A stretch of DNA of 46,093 nucleotides from an uncultured Fidelibacterota bacterium. GTDB lineage: Bacteria; Fidelibacterota; Marinisomatia; Marinisomatales; UBA1611. Below the pieces are notes generated by a model, which was not told the origin of the DNA, did not search any database, and worked only from the letters and a program-made list of their open reading frames with translations. Location: NCBI GenBank assembly GCA_913040915.1, contig CAJWHW010000014.1, positions 1 through 46,093 on the forward strand, in the 5' to 3' direction. Below are positions 39,099-46,093 of the stretch, piece by piece. The position numbers were made by a program, and so were the translations under genes. Each line of letters begins with the position of its first letter. Within the stretch, counting starts at the first letter, position 1.

Positions 39099-39761
39099 AT
39101 GATTGAATTTATTAATTCTGAATTTCATTTTTTTATTCTTTGCCTAACAACCCTTTTTACATTGATTAATCCAATTGGAATTGCACCAGTATTACTGGTT
39201 ATGACTGAGAGGTTCTCTAAACAAGATAGAATTAATATTGCCAAGACCGGCTCACTTACAGCTTTTTTAACTTTAATTATATTTTCTATTCTGGGTTCAG
39301 TCATTTTCAATTTTTTTGGAATTACAATTGAGGCCTTTCAAATCATGGGAGGCATTTTATTTTTTCGTAGTGGTTTGAAAATGTTGGATGCAAAATTAAG
39401 CAGATCTAGGACTACACCTACTGAACAGGAAGAATCCCAAGAAAGTGATGATATTGCTATCAGTCCCATTGGTATTCCTCTTATTGCCGGGCCTGGGGCA
39501 ATTACGGCCTCAATGCTCTTATCAAGTCAAACACCTCAGCTATACAGTTATGCTACTCTGGTAGTATCAATATTACTTGTATTATCTATTGTTTATTTGA
39601 TTTTACGAAGTGGGAATATCATATTAAGGGCCCTTGGATACACTGGAATGCGGATTATACAACGGTTGATGGGATTAATTTTAATGGTAATTGCAGTACA
39701 GTTTATAATTGATGGCGTCTTAACAGTAGTAGAACCAATAATCAATAATTCATCACTTTAG
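39099..39761 (+). CDS. MarC-family membrane protein
   Basis: INPIG, FQIMGGILF, P.GIPLIAGPG, RLMGLIL; about six TM helices. Confidence 0.93.
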   Translation: MIEFINSEFHFFILCLTTLFTLINPIGIAPVLLVMTERFSKQDRINIAKTGSLTAFLTLIIFSILGSVIFNFFGITIEAFQIMGGILFFRSGLKMLDAKLSRSRTTPTEQEESQESDDIAISPIGIPLIAGPGAITASMLLSSQTPQLYSYATLVVSILLVLSIVYLILRSGNIILRALGYTGMRIIQRLMGLILMVIAVQFIIDGVLTVVEPIINNSSL

Positions 39762-42700
39762 AAGAAGCATTTTTTGTATACGCATTTCTTGTCCAGCAGT
39801 TAACTGTAAAAAATAAATTCCTGTGCTTACCATATTTCCAAATTGATTTTCTCCGTACCATTTAAATTCATGACGTCCACCAGGAACATCATTCAAATCC
39901 AGAGTTTTAACTGTTCTTCCTAGTAAATCATATATTACAATATTTACATTTCTAATATCCGGTAAATCATATCGTATAGTAGTTACGGGATTGAATGGGT
40001 TTGGATAATTGTTATAAACAGAAAATTTTTCTGGTAGAATTTCAACATCTATGTAGGTAATCCCTTTTTGCAACACCATCCCTTTTCTATTTTTGAATTC
40101 ATATTGTAGTCGTGTCTGAAAAAGTTCCTGATCGGAAGATGGAAGAATTAGTGTTAAAGTAGAATCAAAACCTAGTCGATCCGCAATAGAAAATTGAATT
40201 AAACCTGTGGTCGTGTCAGTCGCTGTAAACATAAATGTTGTTGGTCTGGGTCGAACCATTTTCATTTCCATCACATTCATATTTGATTCACCAATAAGAA
40301 GTTCAGCTGTATAAACATTCTTAGGAATATTCATAACTAATTCTTCCCCTTGAGCACTAAAAGATAATTCATCCAATGTCTTTGCTGCAATTAGCGAAGA
40401 ATCAAAGTCTAGTTTAAAATAACGCCAGTTCCACATTTTACCAAATGCAGCTAAATCAGTTAAGTCAGCTTCATCATCTGGCGATGGACGGACATGGGGT
40501 GGGTCTCCTTTAATTGGCCCTAAATCTGTTTCAGGCCAGGTTTGGTTAAAAGCTAGAATATCGTCAACTGTAATATCATAATCATCATTTAGATCTGCCC
40601 AGAGTCTGCTAAAAAACTGGATAGTATCTGTAACCTGTAGTGTATTATACGCAACAGCACTATCTACAATCACAGTTAATGTATCATAACTTGCCAATGT
40701 ATCAGTCCAAATTACTGTTATTACTGAATCTTCATAAGTGTGGGAAACAATAAAATTTGTGTCTACCACCGATTTTATTGAAAGATCATATTGATATATT
40801 GGCCGGTTGAATTTAATGGTAAGTGTATCCTTATCTAATACAGATAAATATTTTGCAGAATCAACAATTACATTTGGTGTGATTTTTTTCACAATTGGAA
40901 TTAAATCATCAAAATAAATTCCGTCCGTTCTTGCTGTATGGGACTGATTTGTAGCTAAATCAATAGCTCTGATATAGGTATAATACAATGTATCACGCAG
41001 TAGGCTAAGTCCAGTAACAGTCATGCTGTCTGTACTGTCAGATCTCATCCAATCTAAGACATTTGTTGTATCATCTCCCGTACCGATTGCGAGTTGATAA
41101 TAATCGATTTCTGAATTATCACTGAAGTTTGACCAAATATAACTTAATCTCGTAGAATCAACAGCATAATCCAAATCCATAACCCAATAAGCATCAATAA
41201 TTGATCCTGTATCCGGGTTTTGGACATCGATATATATGCTATTACCCCAAATAGTATCTGAAAGGTTTCCGGCTGAATCTCTTACAAAAACACCCCCATA
41301 ATAAATTCCGTCATTACTCAAGGTGAGACCCCCTAATCCTGCTAGAGAATCATAAGTGGTAAGCGTCCAGTTTAATATATCAGTTAAATTTGAATCTGTA
41401 CCTAAAGCAACATATCCATCACGCACACCTGCTAATGAGTCAAATGAATTCCAATATAAAGTAATAGAATCAGAACGATTATAATAATCAATATCCAACC
41501 CTTCATTCCCTTCTAATAAATTAGTAACCATTGGTTTTGTTTTATCCAAAATTAAAAAACTATTATCACTTGTAGTTGTTACTGGGGTGCCGGTATTACC
41601 TGCTGTATCTAAAAAAGTTATATTAAATAGAATAGTATCCTCGGCATCAGTTTCAGTGACTGTTTTTGCAATTCTCCAGTATCGCCCTGCATTAGTTCCA
41701 GTACCGACCAAGGAATCTAATGCTAATACAGCATTTACAAAGTTCAAGCCTTCGCTACTGATAAAATCAAGAGTAACCTCATCATCCATTTTTGCCCAGG
41801 TTGTATCTAATTCATTATTTGAGTAAAGTTTAATTTCATCTAATGTTGGAACTATTTGGTCAATATGGATGGTGGACATACTGGCAGTACCCGCAGTTGT
41901 ATTCCCCGCTTTATCCCAGATAAGTGCTTCAAAAGTTGCATTCTCACCTTCCAAAAACCCTGTTGAAGATTCAAAGTTTTCATCTGGAATGATGACATTT
42001 TTTTCCGTCCCTAAATCAACTTGTTCAATTAAAATGGTATCGGTTATAATAGAAATATTCTCGCCAAATTTTGTTTTGATCTGGATCCCGCCATCAACTA
42101 AGGTTTCATCATTATCAACAGGGACTATCAGCATTAGACTTTGATTTGATGAATTCCAATATCCATCAACTTCTGTTCCTTCTTTTGATAAGACCTCTCC
42201 TAAAACAAAATCTGTAGGTGGTGTCATATCAAACAGAACCGAAGAAGCATCTGTAGTTGTTTCAATGGTATCTCCAATATTTCCAACCAAGTCAGTATAA
42301 ACAATCATAAAAGGAATATAACCCTCTTCCTCTTCTCCATTCATGAGTCGCATTGACCGATAAGGAATGCGAGCGGGATTTTCATAGGTTGTGTCTGCAA
42401 TAAATCCTGCAATAGTTACTTCTGAAGAGTACAAATCTTCATCTGTATTAAAATCTAGTACCAGAGTATCACCAATAGTGGCTAGGTCATTTTCTAACTC
42501 ATTTGTAGATAAAAATGCTACACTGGTCAGAGTTGGATTTGTACCATCGAAACGAACCTGACTACCATCAGTTGTCTCTGAAACACCCAAACCTAGATTA
42601 CCTGCTGAATCACCAAATACAATATTAAAATTCACTAAACCGTCATCATCTGTTTCTTGAAAAGTATATGCTAAAGTCCATTCTCTATTCTCTCCTATGG

Positions 42701-45700
42701 GTATACCATCCTGGTTTAACATTTGAATATGAATCGAATCCAAGCCTTCAGAGGAAGTAAAGGATAATGTGTCTGTATCACCTACTTTAGCAAGTGAATC
42801 TGCAATGGCATTATTTGTCCTTTGGCTTACTAATTCTAAAGTAGGTAATATTTCATCGATATGAATAGTAGATGAGCTGACAGTACCTATAGTTGTATTC
42901 CCTGCTTTATCCCAAATTAGCGCTTGGAAACTAGCATTCCCACCTTCGATAAAATCATCAACACTTTCAAAATCTATTTCAGAAACAGATATAGTCTTAT
43001 TTGTTCCTAGGTCAATTTCTTCTATTAATACCGTATCTGCTAAATTCGAAAAACTTTCTCCAAAAGATGATTGTAGTTGAATCCCTCCATTTGGCAAAGT
43101 TTCATCATTGGAGATCGGGACAATCAAATCCAAGGTTTGATTTGATGAATTCCAAAAACCTGAAATTTCAATTCCATCTCGAGATGTTACTTCTCCAAGA
43201 GTGAAATTAGTTGGTGGTGTCATATCGAATAAAACACTGCTACTGTTTGATGTTGTATTAACTATTTCACCTATGTTACCTACCCAATCTTCAAGGCCAG
43301 ATATGGAGAAAGGAATAAACCCCTCAGTTTCAATTCCAGTCACAATATAAACAGCTTGATATTTACCATCGATAAATGATGTTTCATTTGGTGGATTATT
43401 TGCAATAGTAATATTAGCAGCCCTCAATGTTTCTGATGATGTATATTGTAAAAAAAGAGAATCGCCTAGAATGCTTAAAGTGGTGTCCAGGTTATTATTA
43501 CTAAAAAATGTTATGAAAGTCAGACTGGGCGGTGTACCATCAAAACGAACCTTAGACCCATCTTGAGTGGTTGTGATTGTATCGGAACCATTACCTGCAG
43601 AATCCGTCATGGAAAGTGAAAAAGACACCCAACCATCTAAATCATCATCTGTAAATGTGCGTATCGCAGAATAGTTTAATGCATCTTTAATTGGTGTTAG
43701 AGTCTGATCAGCTATTTCTACATTTAATTCACGACGCGGTTCGCTAAGACTGAAAAAAATTGTATCAACTGTACCAATTCCTGCCAGAGAATCGCCATAT
43801 AAGTTGTTTGTAGCCATCCGAACTGATGAAATCTCTGGTACTGTTTTATCAAATCTAACTCTGGAATTATTTGTAGTAGTATCTGCATCAGGGCCGATAG
43901 CCCCGCCTAAATCTGAATAACTGATCAAAAAAGGAATTTCACCCTCATTATCTAACTCTTCCATAATATGATATCCGCGATATTTCATCAGAGATAGTTC
44001 ATCATAATTAGCAGCCGCACCAGCAATGGTGATTGTTATTTCATCTAATACTTCGGAAGCTTTAAAAGTAACAAAAACAGAGTCTCCAATTTTTGCCCAA
44101 GTAGTATCAGTGCCACTAGAAGAAATGCTTGTAGATTCAATTTCTGGTGGATAGATGTCATGATTTACATAACTTTCGTCTGTCGTAGTCATAACCTGAA
44201 TTCCGGAGTTACCAGCTCGATCTCTAAAATCAATGGTAAATTCTAAAATACCTTCAGGCTCATTTCCTGAAATAGTTAAGGTTGCTGTGTAAGTGCCACC
44301 TAACTCAGTTAAAGTTGTTACTTGCTCTGCGATGGTAACCACAATTGAATCCATGATGAGCGGTTCTTCAGGCGTGAATGAAAGATAAACTTCATTCCCT
44401 CCTACAGCAATTACTGTATTGTTATCATTATTTGACTCGATATGAACCATAGAAAGGGTTGGTAAAGTCCTATCAAAAATAACATAACTTTCATCCGTTG
44501 TTTCTATAATCGGTGAACTCTCAATTCCTACACTGTCAGTTACGATGATTTCAAATATGATATTTCCTTCAGGATCACCATCATCCATTGCATAGGCTGC
44601 AGTATAATTCTGATTTCCTAAATCTGAAATGATTGCAGATTGATTAACAATTGATCCAATCTGAGATGACAATAATTCTTCTGCAGTGAAAGTTACAATT
44701 ACTGTATCACCAACTTTTGCCCATTCGGTTGATGGATTATTTGATAAAATTGATACAGGGTTTAATGTAGGCGCCGTATTATCAAACGTAACTTGGGTAC
44801 CATCTGTTGTTTCAGATGAACCTTCGGTGGGATTGCCTCTGGAATCAGTTAATGTGCCGATTTGAAATGGTATGACTCCGTCTTCATCGCTTTCTTGCAT
44901 CGTATAGGCCCCTGACCAACGGTTACTACCCAGATTAGAAATATTAGCTGAATTATTAGAAATGGTTGTGGTAGGAGTAAGAATTTCTACATCAGTTTCA
45001 AAAGTTAAGGTAATTACATTTCCAACTGTTGCCAGAGAAGAATCAGAAAAATCCGACTCATAGGAAACACTGACTAATGAGGGTGGTGTTTCATCAATAA
45101 GTAACTTCGTAGAACTTTCATTTCCTACGGTCTCATTTCCTGGGATGTCAAAAAGTCTAGCTTTTAAAGTGATCGTGTCATTTTCTGCAAAACCAGTAAT
45201 CTGTCTTACAGATTCTCCAGTGATAGACATGGTCTTAGTTCCTCCAACTTCTGCAGTAAGAATGAAAGAAGAGTTACCCAACATCTCAAATGAATTTGAA
45301 CCGACTTTTGCCCAAATTTGAACGCGGCCACTATCTAAAGTTGTATCACTATCTATAGGTACAATTATATCTAATCCAGTATTGGTAGAATTCCAAATAT
45401 TATCCACAGCATTTCCTCCGATGGAAGATGCTGCACCAACTGTGAAGTCCGATGGAGATGTTTGATCAAATATGATATAAGTATTATCTGTTGTCGATCG
45501 AACCGTATCACCACTATTACCCGCAGAATCAACGAATGCTATTCCGAATTGAATTAACCCTTCGGTATCTGTATTTGAAAAAGTATATCCTAAATCAAAT
45601 TCGTCCGGTCCGTACTGATGACCTGTGGTGCCAAAACCATTGAAAGTACAATTTATGGACAAAAGACCTTCACTGGCATTTACATAAAGTCTTGCAGAAT

Positions 45701-46093
45701 CATTTTCCAAGGCCCATTGTGAGTTCCAAGGATTATTTGTCTGAGCATTTACCTGGTCTAATATAGGCTTAGTTCGATCAAAAACTACCTTACTGCCATC
45801 GGATGTTGTTGTAAAGCCATCAGCAGGATTTCCTCTTGCATCAACTAATTGATTAACAATATATGAAACAATACCTTCATCATCAGTTTCAGTCATGGTA
45901 TAAGTTCCAGACCAATTAAAACTACCCAAGTCTGTAACTAGGCCATCGCCTCCGGAAATAGTTAGGGTTGGTGTTTGGATAAGTTCATCAACTTCAAATG
46001 TGATGGTAATAACATCATCTACTTTGGCCTTAGTAGAGTCCTGATTATTGGACTCAATATGGGAATTCACAAATGCTGGGGAAATCTGATCAA
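39753..46093 (-). CDS. Giant acidic Ig/FN3-repeat surface protein with C-terminal T9SS type A/FlgD-Ig sorting domain (5' end beyond right edge)
   Basis: Frame stays open upstream of GTG 46070 to the edge (DQISPAF, a repeat-boundary motif). Tandem repeats with D.AGN and D.T.P. C-terminus NYPNPFNPVTTIRYDLP..IYDLLGR..W.G....STGIYF..KMLLLK. Confidence 0.9.
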   Translation of the reverse strand, partial: DQISPAFVNSHIESNNQDSTKAKVDDVITITFEVDELIQTPTLTISGGDGLVTDLGSFNWSGTYTMTETDDEGIVSYIVNQLVDARGNPADGFTTTSDGSKVVFDRTKPILDQVNAQTNNPWNSQWALENDSARLYVNASEGLLSINCTFNGFGTTGHQYGPDEFDLGYTFSNTDTEGLIQFGIAFVDSAGNSGDTVRSTTDNTYIIFDQTSPSDFTVGAASSIGGNAVDNIWNSTNTGLDIIVPIDSDTTLDSGRVQIWAKVGSNSFEMLGNSSFILTAEVGGTKTMSITGESVRQITGFAENDTITLKARLFDIPGNETVGNESSTKLLIDETPPSLVSVSYESDFSDSSLATVGNVITLTFETDVEILTPTTTISNNSANISNLGSNRWSGAYTMQESDEDGVIPFQIGTLTDSRGNPTEGSSETTDGTQVTFDNTAPTLNPVSILSNNPSTEWAKVGDTVIVTFTAEELLSSQIGSIVNQSAIISDLGNQNYTAAYAMDDGDPEGNIIFEIIVTDSVGIESSPIIETTDESYVIFDRTLPTLSMVHIESNNDNNTVIAVGGNEVYLSFTPEEPLIMDSIVVTIAEQVTTLTELGGTYTATLTISGNEPEGILEFTIDFRDRAGNSGIQVMTTTDESYVNHDIYPPEIESTSISSSGTDTTWAKIGDSVFVTFKASEVLDEITITIAGAAANYDELSLMKYRGYHIMEELDNEGEIPFLISYSDLGGAIGPDADTTTNNSRVRFDKTVPEISSVRMATNNLYGDSLAGIGTVDTIFFSLSEPRRELNVEIADQTLTPIKDALNYSAIRTFTDDDLDGWVSFSLSMTDSAGNGSDTITTTQDGSKVRFDGTPPSLTFITFFSNNNLDTTLSILGDSLFLQYTSSETLRAANITIANNPPNETSFIDGKYQAVYIVTGIETEGFIPFSISGLEDWVGNIGEIVNTTSNSSSVLFDMTPPTNFTLGEVTSRDGIEISGFWNSSNQTLDLIVPISNDETLPNGGIQLQSSFGESFSNLADTVLIEEIDLGTNKTISVSEIDFESVDDFIEGGNASFQALIWDKAGNTTIGTVSSSTIHIDEILPTLELVSQRTNNAIADSLAKVGDTDTLSFTSSEGLDSIHIQMLNQDGIPIGENREWTLAYTFQETDDDGLVNFNIVFGDSAGNLGLGVSETTDGSQVRFDGTNPTLTSVAFLSTNELENDLATIGDTLVLDFNTDEDLYSSEVTIAGFIADTTYENPARIPYRSMRLMNGEEEEGYIPFMIVYTDLVGNIGDTIETTTDASSVLFDMTPPTDFVLGEVLSKEGTEVDGYWNSSNQSLMLIVPVDNDETLVDGGIQIKTKFGENISIITDTILIEQVDLGTEKNVIIPDENFESSTGFLEGENATFEALIWDKAGNTTAGTASMSTIHIDQIVPTLDEIKLYSNNELDTTWAKMDDEVTLDFISSEGLNFVNAVLALDSLVGTGTNAGRYWRIAKTVTETDAEDTILFNITFLDTAGNTGTPVTTTSDNSFLILDKTKPMVTNLLEGNEGLDIDYYNRSDSITLYWNSFDSLAGVRDGYVALGTDSNLTDILNWTLTTYDSLAGLGGLTLSNDGIYYGGVFVRDSAGNLSDTIWGNSIYIDVQNPDTGSIIDAYWVMDLDYAVDSTRLSYIWSNFSDNSEIDYYQLAIGTGDDTTNVLDWMRSDSTDSMTVTGLSLLRDTLYYTYIRAIDLATNQSHTARTDGIYFDDLIPIVKKITPNVIVDSAKYLSVLDKDTLTIKFNRPIYQYDLSIKSVVDTNFIVSHTYEDSVITVIWTDTLASYDTLTVIVDSAVAYNTLQVTDTIQFFSRLWADLNDDYDITVDDILAFNQTWPETDLGPIKGDPPHVRPSPDDEADLTDLAAFGKMWNWRYFKLDFDSSLIAAKTLDELSFSAQGEELVMNIPKNVYTAELLIGESNMNVMEMKMVRPRPTTFMFTATDTTTGLIQFSIADRLGFDSTLTLILPSSDQELFQTRLQYEFKNRKGMVLQKGITYIDVEILPEKFSVYNNYPNPFNPVTTIRYDLPDIRNVNIVIYDLLGRTVKTLDLNDVPGGRHEFKWYGENQFGNMVSTGIYFLQLTAGQEMRIQKMLLLK
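40895..46093 (-). repeat. Intragenic tandem domain array A-A-B-A6-B-A-A-B-A-C-C
   Basis: Manual parse of the protein: 11 type A units (~103 aa; SNN..AKVGD..D.EG..D.AGN..TTD...FD.T.P), 3 type B units (~123 aa; WNS.N..L.VP..D.TL), 2 FN3-like type C units (D.DY..W..ALGT..D.A.N). DNA 20-mer TTTGATTTGATGAATTCCAA recurs at 42140 and 43136 (996 nt apart). Confidence 0.85.

Noticed and set aside
5870..43204. The many 60-172-aa ORFs nested in or antisense to larger genes (e.g. 14461-14805, 20074-20370, 34246-34764, 41869-42144)
   Set aside because: Wholly or almost wholly overlap well-supported CDSs and show no recognisable motifs.
46068..46070. GTG start of the giant protein
   Set aside because: The frame is open to the window edge, the GTG falls inside a repeat, and no signal peptide follows; the gene starts outside the window.

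Overview
Gene-dense, AT-rich bacterial chromosomal window, mostly housekeeping genes (rdgB, rarA, hisS, topA, glyQS, ggt, rlmN, cysteine desulfurase-mnmA, rsfS, argS, tRNA-Phe, tRNA-Thr). No mobile element or CRISPR array was seen. Gene content suggests an FCB-superphylum organism, possibly marine Marinimicrobia/SAR406-like; this is inference, not a database result. The most interesting material is the cell-envelope and export machinery. (1) A SprA/Sov type IX secretion translocon gene at the left edge, missed by the ORF track and running off the window. (2) A giant acidic Ig-repeat surface protein (>2100 aa, 5' end off the right edge) with higher-order repeats, a dockerin-like segment and a C-terminal T9SS/FlgD-Ig sorting domain. 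(3) A 1584-aa secreted enzyme joining a putative Zn-hydrolase domain, a CapA metallophosphatase domain, PKD/CBM-like modules and a terminal dockerin. (4) An LptD with about 330 extra N-terminal OstA/LptA-like residues. (5) An apparently exported YidD-like fusion. Exported proteins are enriched in the Bacteroidota O-glycosylation sequon D-(S/T)-(A/I/L/V/M/T). Two divergent gene pairs share palindromic -10-like boxes, and several genes look nearly leaderless.
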